From: Rickettsiales bacterium
GTDB taxonomy: Bacteria; Pseudomonadota; Alphaproteobacteria; Rs-D84
Length of the DNA stretch: 64,000 nucleotides
Reading direction: 5' to 3'
Assembly (NCBI GenBank): GCA_031256175.1
Contig: JAIRRC010000032.1
Coordinates: 347-64,346, forward strand
Shown here: piece after piece, positions 1 through 9,946 of the stretch
Position numbering within the stretch: position 1 is the first letter of the stretch
How the letters are laid out: each line of letters begins with the position of its first letter
Position numbers and translations under genes: made by a program
The notes under the pieces: model-generated
Seen by the model: the letters and a program-made list of their open reading frames with translations, nothing else
Told to the model about the DNA's origin: nothing
Databases searched by the model: none

Positions 1-27
1 AGAGGGCAGACAAAAAAGGCACGGACT

Positions 28-426
28 ATGAGCGTTTCGATAACGTTATATAAAGAAGAACGCAGCGCGCGCGGTTTCAACGAAATATTAGGGGAACTGC
101 CCGAGGCCGAAGCAGAAGCCCTTCTGCAATCCTTCAACCAGCCAATCGCCGGAAGGTGCATATCGCAATTCCAAATACAGGCGATTTACGAGCATTACGA
201 GCGCGAAGACGGACCGCACAAAGCATTGCGGGAAATAAGATTGTCCGAAATCCCAAGCCATGGCTTCATGTGCCACGCGGACGCTGAAAAATACCCGTTC
301 GACGCGAACGCCAACGCCTATGAACGCATAAAATACTGCCACGGGCGGCTGGTCGCAGGAAAATGCGAATGCACGACGATGATTGGGATTATAGGCAAAA
401 AACTCTTCCCCGGACTTTATAAATAA
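28..426 (+). CDS. hypothetical protein
   Basis: 132-aa ORF in same orientation as following genes; no recognisable motif. Confidence 0.35.
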   Translation: MSVSITLYKEERSARGFNEILGELPEAEAEALLQSFNQPIAGRCISQFQIQAIYEHYEREDGPHKALREIRLSEIPSHGFMCHADAEKYPFDANANAYERIKYCHGRLVAGKCECTTMIGIIGKKLFPGLYK

Positions 427-446
427 AACCAAAAAAGGACGATAAG

Positions 447-1199
447 ATGAAGGGCGTTTTCTTCGATTTCGACTTCACCGCTTCGCCGATAGGCTGGTGC
501 AAGAAAAACATGGTGCAGTTCGACTATAACGGGCGCCAGGGCGATTTCTGGTTTTCCAACCAGAACTGCGGCGCTTTCGACGACATGACCGAAGAAAAAA
601 GCTTCCGCGAAAAATGCCCGCTGGCAAAGCGCATCGCAGAAACCCATCCGGACTGGAAGACCAGCTACAATTTCAACGACGAATACCACGAATACGACGA
701 CATTCCGATGGATTCCATACACTTCAATATCGCCGCGCCGCATTTCGAAAAAAGGTTCCAGCTTGACAGGAGGAACGGCAACGCCGCCAAATGGCGCGCC
801 CAGGGCGAATTCGTCGATTTTTGCCATGACTGCGCGCACTGCACCGCCCGGACCGACCATCGCTTGAAAATTTTGGGGCAATTCATCAAATACATCAAAT
901 CGCACAGCCCGGACACTTACAAACAAACCTGGACAGACACGCCGCTTATGACGCCGGGACGCATCATGCACTTCCTTATATGGCTTGGCATGGAGCCCAG
1001 AATCAAGGAAGACGAAAAGACGGACACTTATACCTTGGACTCTGACAATATAAAAATCACCGCAAAGGCCGGGACATATCTCAAAATCAGCGTCAATATC
1101 GTCGGGAGATATTTATATTCGGACAATTACCCCGAAAGCGGCTGGGCCCGGCCGTTTTACAGCACGTTAAGAAGGCTTAGCCACATCGAGCGCGGGTAA
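447..1199 (+). CDS. hypothetical Cys/His-rich protein
   Basis: 250-aa ORF; several Cys/His clusters (HDCAHC); no family recognised. Confidence 0.4.
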   Translation: MKGVFFDFDFTASPIGWCKKNMVQFDYNGRQGDFWFSNQNCGAFDDMTEEKSFREKCPLAKRIAETHPDWKTSYNFNDEYHEYDDIPMDSIHFNIAAPHFEKRFQLDRRNGNAAKWRAQGEFVDFCHDCAHCTARTDHRLKILGQFIKYIKSHSPDTYKQTWTDTPLMTPGRIMHFLIWLGMEPRIKEDEKTDTYTLDSDNIKITAKAGTYLKISVNIVGRYLYSDNYPESGWARPFYSTLRRLSHIERG

Positions 1200-1246
1200 A
1201 ATTTTCCTGTTGCCATCGGGCGGCGGTTTTTTCTATAATCTTCATT

Positions 1247-1579
1247 ATGAGAAGAATGTTGTTCGCTTTTTTATTCGCCACAGCGGCGTTGCCCGCGCGG
1301 GCGCTTGACTATTGCCACATACCGCAGGGCGGCTATGCGCCGTGCGGCGGGCAAGTTCCCTATTCGTATGTTCCGTGCGGAACCATGCCCAGCGGCGACC
1401 CGATGTTCTGCCCGCAAAGCGCCGGTTTGCCCGGCAAGAACAACAACAGCAAGGCCGACACCATGAACACCCTGCTTTATGTCGCGGGCGGCGTCGCTTT
1501 CATCGGGCTGATGTGGTATCTTTTCAACACGCCGCAATCTTCGAACAATCCCGGACAGGTTCGTTTGGTGGAATTTTAA
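1247..1579 (+). CDS. small secreted cysteine-rich protein with C-terminal TM helix
   Basis: N-terminal signal peptide MRRMLFAFLFATAALPARA, multiple Cys, hydrophobic C-terminal segment. Confidence 0.4.
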   Translation: MRRMLFAFLFATAALPARALDYCHIPQGGYAPCGGQVPYSYVPCGTMPSGDPMFCPQSAGLPGKNNNSKADTMNTLLYVAGGVAFIGLMWYLFNTPQSSNNPGQVRLVEF

Positions 1580-1618
1580 TATTGTGATATAATTCCTGCT
1601 GACAAAAGGGAGTTATAT

Positions 1619-2815
1619 ATGAAACTAAGGCTGAATTCCGAAGCGAAGATTCTGATTTTACTCAATGCGATACATTCAATCGTCGGAACGTTTTTCGGAA
1701 CCTTCCTTATCGCATACATCATGCAGATTTCGGACAACGAAGCCGTGGCGCTGTCCGTCTACAACATCGCCTTCTTCACCGCCGTCGCTTTCGGATTCCT
1801 TATCCTGGCCGACTATGTGAAGCGCCGCGAAAAAATGTTCGTCTATCGGTTCAGCGTAATAATCCAATTCCTTCTGCTGGCCGCGATTGCGCGCCTGGGC
1901 GACTCCATCTCGCCCTACATCGCGATTTTCGGCGCGGTCTACGGGCTTGCGATGGCGTTCAGGCACTGCCCGCTGAACATCATAACGGGGGAAAAAATCA
2001 AAAAGAAAATCATGGCGCCGTTCATCGGATACAGGGCCACCATCGGCGGAGTCGTCGCCGTCATGACGCCCGCGCTTTTGGGCTTGTTCATAACCGCGGG
2101 CTCATACGAAGAGATGGCGATAGCCATGTGCGTTTTCCTTGTCGTCGAATTCTTCCTTTCGTTCTTTCTGCACAGCAAGGGCGCAAGCGACCAGAAATTC
2201 GGGCTGGCGTGCTTCGTGTCCAGCGCCAAGCGAAGCATACTTATCCGCCGCGTCTATCTGATAGAATTTTTGGGCGGGTTTTCGCTTTACGGGCCGCTTG
2301 GCGTCGTGCTTACCATGTTCACCATATATTTATTCCACACCAATTTATTGCTGGGTATCCTGTCGTCAAGCTTCGCCGCCGTCGCCATCGCCGCGAATTT
2401 CCTGTTCGGGCGATTCGGGAAGCCCGCCGCGTTTCCGAAGATGCTTCTGTTTTCCAACATCCTTATCGGCGCCGCGGCGCTTGCGTTCGTCGGATTCTCG
2501 GGCGCCATAACTTTCGTCATATATCAGCTTGCAGTCGCGACCGCGCTGAAATTCATCGACAATGTCCAGGCGACCAACTTTATGAACGCCTCGAATTCCG
2601 CCTGCGTCGGCAAGGACAGCCGCGCGGAGTTTTTCGTCGCGGGCGAAATGGTGCTGAACATGGGAAGGATTCTAAGCTTTCTTATCCTGTTCACAATCGG
2701 GTTTTCGGGGCATATCGAATGGCTGAAATATTATCTGGCCTTGATGACAATGTGCATAATCGCGGCGGGCTTAATCGGCGTCAAAATCTGCCGCCACGGC
2801 CTGTGCAACCGGTAA
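1619..2815 (+). CDS. polytopic membrane protein, MFS-like transporter
   Basis: 398 aa, ~12 hydrophobic segments; RBS-like GGGAG upstream of ATG. Confidence 0.5.
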   Translation: MKLRLNSEAKILILLNAIHSIVGTFFGTFLIAYIMQISDNEAVALSVYNIAFFTAVAFGFLILADYVKRREKMFVYRFSVIIQFLLLAAIARLGDSISPYIAIFGAVYGLAMAFRHCPLNIITGEKIKKKIMAPFIGYRATIGGVVAVMTPALLGLFITAGSYEEMAIAMCVFLVVEFFLSFFLHSKGASDQKFGLACFVSSAKRSILIRRVYLIEFLGGFSLYGPLGVVLTMFTIYLFHTNLLLGILSSSFAAVAIAANFLFGRFGKPAAFPKMLLFSNILIGAAALAFVGFSGAITFVIYQLAVATALKFIDNVQATNFMNASNSACVGKDSRAEFFVAGEMVLNMGRILSFLILFTIGFSGHIEWLKYYLALMTMCIIAAGLIGVKICRHGLCNR

Positions 2816-2824
2816 TTTTAAGAA

Positions 2825-3688
2825 TTGACAAACCAGCTTTTGTGTAATAGCATTGCCCTTATGAAAAAGATTAAGCGCATCGAAATCGAAGAAATCACGC
2901 CGAACATAAAAACCGGCGACTTAATCGAGCTGGCGAAAAAATTCCCGGACCTTGACATGGTTTTCAGCGTCGTGCTTTACGGCAGCCCCGAAAACGGAAA
3001 CGCCGCGGGTATCGACGACGCGCCGCGGATAGAGCTTTTGAAGGCGATGAATTCCATGAAGGATGCCGCGCATTATGAAACCGCCGTCCATCTGAACCAC
3101 GGATACTGCAACGTTTTCGCATACGGACAAAAGTTCGAGGACTGCACGATATGGGACACCATCGGCAAGGACACCGACAGGGTCGTCTACAACCTGATAA
3201 GTCTAAGCGAAGAACAAAAACAGAACTGGGACCCGGCGAACTTCAACCGCATGCTGGCCACGCGCGCGAATCCCGATTCCGACCTGTTCACGAATTCAGA
3301 ATATTACATCGTGCTCAATACCAAGCTAACCTATTCCTTCGTCTATCGCAAGATATGGAAATTTGAAAACGAGAAGCTGCTAAGAAACCTTAAATCGCTT
3401 GTGAACGACAATCTTCCCGAGAACTGGATTGTCGGCTCGCGCAACATCATGAACGAACACGACGTCGTAGCCGCCGCCATAAAACCGGCCGCGTGGAGCG
3501 GCGGCATAAACCCGGGCAATATCGGATTCGCGCTTACCAACCTTTGCATGAAGCTGGGCGGCGACGTCGAAAAAATCGACATTTGCGCGCGCAGCGGCGT
3601 CATGACCGGCGGCGTGGCCGACATGGATAAAATCGAGATGCTGATGGCGACCGCCAACGAGTGGCAGGAAAGGTTCAACGGAAGATAA
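2825..3688 (+). CDS. hypothetical protein
   Basis: 287-aa ORF, probable start at MKKIKR (~2861); no family recognised. Confidence 0.4.
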   Translation: MTNQLLCNSIALMKKIKRIEIEEITPNIKTGDLIELAKKFPDLDMVFSVVLYGSPENGNAAGIDDAPRIELLKAMNSMKDAAHYETAVHLNHGYCNVFAYGQKFEDCTIWDTIGKDTDRVVYNLISLSEEQKQNWDPANFNRMLATRANPDSDLFTNSEYYIVLNTKLTYSFVYRKIWKFENEKLLRNLKSLVNDNLPENWIVGSRNIMNEHDVVAAAIKPAAWSGGINPGNIGFALTNLCMKLGGDVEKIDICARSGVMTGGVADMDKIEMLMATANEWQERFNGR

Positions 3689-3741
3689 CAAGGATGATGT
3701 CCCGGGCGCCCCGCCTGCGGCGCGGTTACCGGGGATGACAA

Positions 3742-4251
3742 CTAGGATAGTTCGGGGAACCAGAGGGAAATTTCGAACGCGGCTTCGTCCGCCGTTCCGC
3801 TCGCGTGCATAAGGTTGTGGCACGCGCGTTTCTCGGCGTTCGACAAGTCGTAGGAATCCATGCAATATTTCCCGCGTATCGTCGCCGGGTCCGCCGCCGC
3901 GGGATTCGTCGTGCCGCAAAGCTTGCGCACTATCGCGACCGCTTCGTTGCCCGAAAGAACCATCGCCATAACGCCGCCCGTTATATAATCCATCAATCTG
4001 TCGTAGACGATTTGCCCCTGCTTCATGCATGCGGCTTTGTCCGCGGACGCGCCCAAGTTTTTGCGGCCCAAACTTTCTATATATTCCGGCGCGCAGGAAT
4101 AATGCTTGTTCAGCAATTCTTTCGGCGGGGTGAAAAATTTCGCCGCGATTATATCCAGACCGGCGTCCTCGAACACAGATATTATTTTCCCGCAAAGCTT
4201 CCGCTTCACCGCGTCGGGTTTCAGGATTATCAGGGTGCGTTCGATTGGCAT
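3742..4251 (-). CDS. ndk: nucleoside diphosphate kinase
   Basis: ERTLIILKPDAV N-terminal NDK signature; start trimmed to MPIERTL. Confidence 0.8.
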   Translation of the reverse strand: MPIERTLIILKPDAVKRKLCGKIISVFEDAGLDIIAAKFFTPPKELLNKHYSCAPEYIESLGRKNLGASADKAACMKQGQIVYDRLMDYITGGVMAMVLSGNEAVAIVRKLCGTTNPAAADPATIRGKYCMDSYDLSNAEKRACHNLMHASGTADEAAFEISLWFPELS

Positions 4252-4309
4252 CGCGGGCTCCTTACGAATTGATGCGGTCCCCGGCAAAGCCGGGGACGAC
4301 ATTTTGCTT

Positions 4310-5899
4310 TTACTCTTTTCTAACCGGATAATGGCCGGATTCAAGGCGGTTCTTCACTTCGTGGTGTTTCACTTTCGTCGTCGAAGTCATCGGCAAGTCG
4401 TCTTCGGTCATCGCGAAATGGCTGCACCATTTATAGGAAGCGACTTTCGAATTCTGCTTCCTTATGCCTTTCTCCAATTCCGCAATCTGCGTGCCGGGCT
4501 CGACCTGGAACACGCCGTAGACAATCGTTTTGTCGTTTATCCTATGCTCGAAAACCGCGACGTTCTTCACGCCGGGAATCTGCATGAACAGGCCTTCCAG
4601 CTCGTCCGGATAAACATTCTTGCCGCTGTCCAGAACGATGACCAGCTTCTTTCTTCCTTGGAAGTGAAGCTCGCCATTCCTATCCAGGACAACCATGTCG
4701 CCCGTATCGAAGAAGCCCTTGTCGTCGAACGCTTCCTTATTAGCCGCGTCGTTGTCCAAATAGCCGCCGAACACCGAATGGCCTTTCAGCCACAGAACGC
4801 CCACGCCGTCCGCGTTCTTGCCGCGGATTTCGAACGTGTTGTTCGTAAGCGGCGCGCCTATCGCGAACGGAAGGCGCTTGTCGTTCGGCATGCTGATACA
4901 GATGGGGCCGACGGTTTCCGTAAGGCCGTAGCCCTGTATGAAGTTGAAGCCGAATCTTTTATAGAACAGCTCGACCTCGGGCTTGGTCGCCGCGCCGCCG
5001 CCGATAAGCAGCTTCACGCGGCCGCCGAATTTTTCCTGCACCGGGCCCTGTATCGCCTTTACCAGGAACCCAAGGCCGAACATTTTCAGCGTCTTCTGGC
5101 GGCGAAGCACGAAGCCCGCGAACCACCACAGGCGCTTGGCCTTGAAGTTGTCGATTATCTTGTTGCGGAAGACTTCGAACAGGCGCGGCACCGCGGGAAT
5201 CACGTGCGGCTTGAAATTTTCCAAGTCCGCGGCGATTTCCTTCGGATTGACGGTCGGCTGCAACAAGATGGAGCACTGAAAGTGCAGCGCCGCCAAAAGC
5301 TCGACCGCGAAGCCATACACGTGATACATCGGCAGAAAGCCGTATAGCATATCGCCGTTCGAAATGTAATCCCGCATATCGTTGATGGAGCGCGCAGTCT
5401 GCACCAGATTGAAGTGCGTAAGCGGCACGATTTTCGGCGTGCCCGTGCTGCCGCTTGTGAACGAAAGCGTCGCGATTTCGCAGTCGGCCACTTCGACCGG
5501 CTCGAATTCATACGTTTCCTTGTTCACGACTTCCGGCGTTTTGATGTCGTAGAACACGACGCCCTTGTCCGAATTGAATATGTAATTCTTTTCGCACACG
5601 ACGAATTTCGCGCCCGCGCGTTCCAGCATATTCTCATACTCGAACCGCGTCAGGTTCGTGTCCATCAAAAGCGCGCGCGCGCCAAGGCCCCACAACGCGA
5701 AAAGCGTTTGCGGGAATTCCTTTATATTGTGCGATAAAACCCCGACATTGTCGCCAGATTCCACGCCCAATTTGCGAAGAGCCACGGCGCGCGCCTTTAT
5801 ATCTTCAAGAAACCGCGCGTAGGCGATGCCTTCGCGGGCGATGAAGGTATTGTTCGGCGCTTTCGCGACCGCGTCTTCATATAGTTGCCACATGTTCAT
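4310..5899 (-). CDS. AMP-dependent acyl-CoA synthetase/ligase (long-chain-fatty-acid CoA ligase-like)
   Basis: AMP-binding motif SFTSGSTGTPK; start MNMWQLY with AAGGAAG RBS. Confidence 0.85.
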   Translation of the reverse strand: MNMWQLYEDAVAKAPNNTFIAREGIAYARFLEDIKARAVALRKLGVESGDNVGVLSHNIKEFPQTLFALWGLGARALLMDTNLTRFEYENMLERAGAKFVVCEKNYIFNSDKGVVFYDIKTPEVVNKETYEFEPVEVADCEIATLSFTSGSTGTPKIVPLTHFNLVQTARSINDMRDYISNGDMLYGFLPMYHVYGFAVELLAALHFQCSILLQPTVNPKEIAADLENFKPHVIPAVPRLFEVFRNKIIDNFKAKRLWWFAGFVLRRQKTLKMFGLGFLVKAIQGPVQEKFGGRVKLLIGGGAATKPEVELFYKRFGFNFIQGYGLTETVGPICISMPNDKRLPFAIGAPLTNNTFEIRGKNADGVGVLWLKGHSVFGGYLDNDAANKEAFDDKGFFDTGDMVVLDRNGELHFQGRKKLVIVLDSGKNVYPDELEGLFMQIPGVKNVAVFEHRINDKTIVYGVFQVEPGTQIAELEKGIRKQNSKVASYKWCSHFAMTEDDLPMTSTTKVKHHEVKNRLESGHYPVRKE

Positions 5900-6114
5900 C
5901 TCTGCTTCCTTTTTGTTAAACGACAATGCGCGCCTTCCGACGGCATCTCGCGACGCGCACATCAATTCGCGCCTAATAACGGCGCTTATTGTGCGCTTAT
6001 TCGCTCGCTGTCATCTGTCTTTGCCAGACCATGCGTTTGTCATTTCCTTTATGTTTATAGCTAGACCGGATGATTTTACAATGCTATAATCCGTTTGTCA
6101 AATGGAGCCGAAAA

Positions 6115-6888
6115 ATGAAAATCGCAACTTTCAACATCAATTCAATCAGGGCGCACGCGCAGAATTTCCTGGACTTTCTGGCCGCCGCCAAGCCCGACGT
6201 GGTTCTGCTTCAAGAAACCAAGGCGACGGACGAGCAATTCCCCCACATCCTATTCGACCACCTTGGCTACAACGTCAAGACCTTCGGCCAAAAATCATGG
6301 AACGGCGTCGCGGTTCTTGCCAAGCCTTCGATAGAGGATTTTTCGCGCGGCCTGCCCACCCTGCCCCATGCCGCCGACGCGCGCATGGCGGAGTGCGTCG
6401 TCGACGGGCGCGTTCGCGTCGTCAATGCCTATATGCCGAACGGCGAGGCCGAAGACAGCCCGAAATTTCCTTATAAAATAGAATGGATGAAAAAGTTCAC
6501 CGAACACATCGCGCCGCTTTTGGACGACGAATTGCCGACGATTCTGGCGGGCGATTTCAATGTCGCAATACAAGACATCGATGTTTGGAATCCCAAAGCC
6601 TATGAAGGTTCCAGCATTTCCGCGCCGGCCGCGCGGCGCATAATGCAGGAATGGCTGGACAGCGGCTGGACGGACGCTTGGCGCGAAATTCACGGAAAGG
6701 ACAAAGTCGGATACACTTGGATTGGTTATCGCGGCGGAAGTTTGGAAAAGGGCCACGGGTTGCGGCTTGATTATTTTCTGCTGAACAAGGCGGCGCGGCA
6801 TATGGCGAAAAACATCGAAATCGACCTGGCGCCGCGGCGCGCCGCGGGCGCGTCCGACCACGCGCCTTTGGTTCTTGATATAAAATAA
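6115..6888 (+). CDS. xth: exodeoxyribonuclease III
   Basis: MKIATFNINSIRAH..LQETK..DHAPL: ExoIII/AP endonuclease family signature. Confidence 0.85.
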   Translation: MKIATFNINSIRAHAQNFLDFLAAAKPDVVLLQETKATDEQFPHILFDHLGYNVKTFGQKSWNGVAVLAKPSIEDFSRGLPTLPHAADARMAECVVDGRVRVVNAYMPNGEAEDSPKFPYKIEWMKKFTEHIAPLLDDELPTILAGDFNVAIQDIDVWNPKAYEGSSISAPAARRIMQEWLDSGWTDAWREIHGKDKVGYTWIGYRGGSLEKGHGLRLDYFLLNKAARHMAKNIEIDLAPRRAAGASDHAPLVLDIK

Positions 6889-6924
6889 TGTTGACAAATT
6901 ATTATTTCCATTTATAATGGATTT

Positions 6925-8412
6925 ATGCCCGAAAAATTCGACATTTTGATGATTCAGCCGCCCGTTTGCAAAAAGCAGGACACCGAGCACCCCGTCATAG
7001 CCGAATATTTCAAGGCAGTCGAGGACAAGCTTGGCGCGCTTATCGGCGACTCGCCCTATGAAATCAACCAGGGCCTTAAAAGAATCGCCGAGCATGTCCT
7101 ACACAAAAATCCGAACGTAAAAATCAAGATGCTGGACCTTAACTTCATCGACCGCGACAAGCGCGCCGCGGGCCGCGGCTATCTGACCGAGGAAGACATC
7201 GCCGCAGAACTTTCAAAATACGAATCCAAACTGACCCTGATTTCGTTCATGACGCAATCCTTCGCGGAATGGAGCTGGCCCCTGGTGCGCGCCGCGAAAA
7301 AAATATCCGGCAACATATTGCTGGGCGGAATTCAGCCGAGCGTCGCCCCGCTGTATGCCATGCAGGCCCATATGCCATACATATCCGGCGTCGTAATAGG
7401 CGAAGGCGAAAAGGTCGTGTCCGACCTGGCGGCGGACATCGACAACCTCGATTCCGCAATCGCGGAAAATCCGCTTGTGTATTCGCCGCACATATCCGCG
7501 CGCGGATACTTCAAGGAAATACATTCGCAGACGCGCGCCACTACGACCCAAAAAGAATTCGCAGAGGAAATCCCCGCGCGATACGATTTGTTCGGCGATT
7601 ATATGGACAAGATTTCGATACGTATAAACACTTCGTGGGGATGTTCGAACCGATGCAGTTTCTGCTCGGTCGGCTCGTTCTTCGACAAGTGCGGAAACCG
7701 GCGCAAGACGACGGACCAGGTCATAAACGAAATCCGCGCATTGGACAAGCTGCCCCTTCGGAAAAAACAATTCGTATTCGGCGACCTTTGCATGTTCGAC
7801 GACATGACGCTTTCAAACGAACTATTGGACAGAATGATTGAAATCAATACGCCATACGAATGGTGGTGCCAAACGCGCGCCGACAAAATCGACGCCGCGC
7901 TTTGCGCGAAAATGAAAAAGGCGGGATGCCGGCAGGTCGCCATCGGGTGCGAATCCGGATGCGACGAGCAGCTGCGGAAAATATCGAAGGGCGTCAGCGT
8001 GGCGACTATAAAAAATTCATTGAAGACAATCCGCGACGCGGGGATGGAAACGCAGTGCTATTGGATTATCGGGCTGCCCGGCGAAAGTTTGGAGACCGCG
8101 CGCAAGTCCCAGGACAAAATCATCGAATATTTGGAACAAGGGCTTTGCAGCGTTCCGCACATCAGCATTCTCGTGCCGTATCCGGGAACGCCGATTTACA
8201 AGGCGGCGATGCGCACGCCGAACAAATCCGGAATCCAGATAGCGGATTACGATTTCGAAAATTACTGGATGAACTGCGACATGCACGGCTGCGGGACGGC
8301 GGTTCATCATACGCAGGACAAGGACGGCAATATCCTTTTGGAAAGCGGTCAGATTTACGACATTTGGCTTGAAACCTTGCGGCGCGTCAGCCGCTTCGCG
8401 AACGGCAAATAA
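6925..8412 (+). CDS. B12-binding domain radical SAM protein
   Basis: N-terminal cobalamin-binding-like domain plus CxxxCxxC (CSNRCSFCSV) radical SAM cluster motif. Confidence 0.75.
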   Translation: MPEKFDILMIQPPVCKKQDTEHPVIAEYFKAVEDKLGALIGDSPYEINQGLKRIAEHVLHKNPNVKIKMLDLNFIDRDKRAAGRGYLTEEDIAAELSKYESKLTLISFMTQSFAEWSWPLVRAAKKISGNILLGGIQPSVAPLYAMQAHMPYISGVVIGEGEKVVSDLAADIDNLDSAIAENPLVYSPHISARGYFKEIHSQTRATTTQKEFAEEIPARYDLFGDYMDKISIRINTSWGCSNRCSFCSVGSFFDKCGNRRKTTDQVINEIRALDKLPLRKKQFVFGDLCMFDDMTLSNELLDRMIEINTPYEWWCQTRADKIDAALCAKMKKAGCRQVAIGCESGCDEQLRKISKGVSVATIKNSLKTIRDAGMETQCYWIIGLPGESLETARKSQDKIIEYLEQGLCSVPHISILVPYPGTPIYKAAMRTPNKSGIQIADYDFENYWMNCDMHGCGTAVHHTQDKDGNILLESGQIYDIWLETLRRVSRFANGK

Positions 8413-8426
8413 GCTGCCGAAAAAAA

Positions 8427-8448
8427 GCGCCCGGAAGGGCGCTTTCCG
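8427..8448 (+). terminator. rho-independent terminator of radical SAM gene
   Basis: GCGCCC-GGAA-GGGCGC hairpin followed by TTTCCGTAT. Confidence 0.55.
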
Positions 8449-8451
8449 TAT

Positions 8452-8485
8452 AAAAAAACCGCCCCGGCGCTTAGCGCCGGAGCGG
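8452..8485 (-). terminator. rho-independent terminator of metG
   Basis: 12-bp GC-rich stem (1 mismatch) with TTA loop followed on minus strand by TTTTTTT. Confidence 0.65.
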
Positions 8486-8505
8486 TTCCGCAGGAGGGGG
8501 ACTTT

Positions 8506-9909
8506 TTAGCCTTCCAGTTTCGGGAAGAGGACGACCGGGTTTTTCGTTTTGAAAGATTCGATTATATTCGCGGACGCCGCCGGCATAATCGGCCGGGCCA
8601 TATAAGCCAATTCCAAGACTCCCTGCCCCAATGTTTTCAAGACCGACAGCAATTCTTCGCGTTTCGCCCCGTCTTTCGCAAGCGACCAGGGCTGCGTTTT
8701 ATCTATATATAGATTAAGTTCCGAGCTTTTATTCAAGATATTTTCCGCAAGCGATTTGATGTCCGAAAGGTTTTCTATTCCTGGCGCCTTGGGCTGGACG
8801 GACAATTCCATATCCGGCGAATATTTCTCCATCATCTTGAATGTGCGAAGATAAAGATTGCCGAAGTTGTTCGCAAGCACGCCGTATTCTTTTTTCAGCA
8901 AATCTTCCGATATGACGGAATCCTTCGCAATCGCCGCGTTATGCGCGAAGTAAAACCTTAACGCGTCCGCGCCAAGCTCGCCTATAACTTTGAACGGGTC
9001 GATGGTATTGCCCAGGCTTTTCGACATTTTGACGCCGCCTTCGCCCGTCCAGAAGGCATGGACACAAGTCCGATGCGCGGGCGGCAGGCCGAAGCTTCGC
9101 AGCATTATCGGCCAATAGATGCAATGCGCCTTCAGTATGTCTTTGCCTATGACGTGGATGGAGTTTTTCCAAAGCGAGTCGAATTTGTTTATGCGAAGCG
9201 AAGTTATATAATTTATCAGGGCGTCATACCAGACATAGGCGACTTGGTCCGTATCGAACGGGAATTCTATGCCGGCGGACACGCGCTTTTTCGGGCGCGA
9301 AATCGACAAGTCGTCAAGCGGTTCTTTAAGCATGTTCAAGACTTCGGCGCGGTAGCTTTCAGGCTGAATCCATTCGGGATTTTCATTTATATACCCGACC
9401 AGCCATTCGCGGTGCGGCTCCAATGGAAGCAAATAATTTTCCTCCTCCATCTCGGTCGGCGCCTTCTGGTGGTCGGCGCATAAGCCGCGCGCGTCCAGGT
9501 CGGATTCCTTTTTGAACTGCTCGCACCCGACGCAGTAAAGTCCCTTGTATTTTTTCTTCACAAGAATTTTTTTCGCGTGCGCGTCCGCCAGCCATTCCTG
9601 GACTATCTTTTTATGCTCCGGCATAGTGGTTCGAATGAAAAAATCCGGCGTCGCGCCAAGCTCGTCCGCAAGCTGTTTGAAACGCGCGCTTTGCTTCGCC
9701 GCGAATTCTTCGAAGGGCAATCCGGCGGCGGCTGCGGCGTCCTGCATTTTCTGCCCGTGCTCGTCCGTGCCTGTCGTGAAGAAGACGTTGTCGCCTTGCA
9801 GCTTGAAGGCGCGGCGCAGGATGTCGCACATCGCGGTGGTATAGGCGCTGCCCAGATGCGGCGCGCCGTTCGGATAATAAATCGGGGTAGTTATGTATTT
9901 TTCAGCCAT
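8506..9909 (-). CDS. metG: methionine--tRNA ligase (short form)
   Basis: TTPIYYPNGAPHLGSAYTT N-terminus, KMSKS motif, Zn knuckle CVGCEQF..CADH. Confidence 0.8.
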   Translation of the reverse strand: MAEKYITTPIYYPNGAPHLGSAYTTAMCDILRRAFKLQGDNVFFTTGTDEHGQKMQDAAAAAGLPFEEFAAKQSARFKQLADELGATPDFFIRTTMPEHKKIVQEWLADAHAKKILVKKKYKGLYCVGCEQFKKESDLDARGLCADHQKAPTEMEEENYLLPLEPHREWLVGYINENPEWIQPESYRAEVLNMLKEPLDDLSISRPKKRVSAGIEFPFDTDQVAYVWYDALINYITSLRINKFDSLWKNSIHVIGKDILKAHCIYWPIMLRSFGLPPAHRTCVHAFWTGEGGVKMSKSLGNTIDPFKVIGELGADALRFYFAHNAAIAKDSVISEDLLKKEYGVLANNFGNLYLRTFKMMEKYSPDMELSVQPKAPGIENLSDIKSLAENILNKSSELNLYIDKTQPWSLAKDGAKREELLSVLKTLGQGVLELAYMARPIMPAASANIIESFKTKNPVVLFPKLEG

Positions 9910-9946
9910 GCCGGATTTTATAACGGCCGCGGAGTTTTTGCAACTT

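Noticed and set aside
5826-6089. Small ORFs sharing the peptide RDAHINSRL at 5826-6089, 10808-11035 and 30560-30745
   Set aside because: The similarity reflects a conserved nucleotide element with compensatory stem changes. There are no consistent start codons, and the ORFs run through tRNA sequence. It is treated as RNA/DNA repeat family A, not protein.
6295-7095. 266-aa minus-strand ORF across the xth 3' end and the radical SAM 5' end
   Set aside because: It is antisense to two well-supported genes and has a low-complexity composition.
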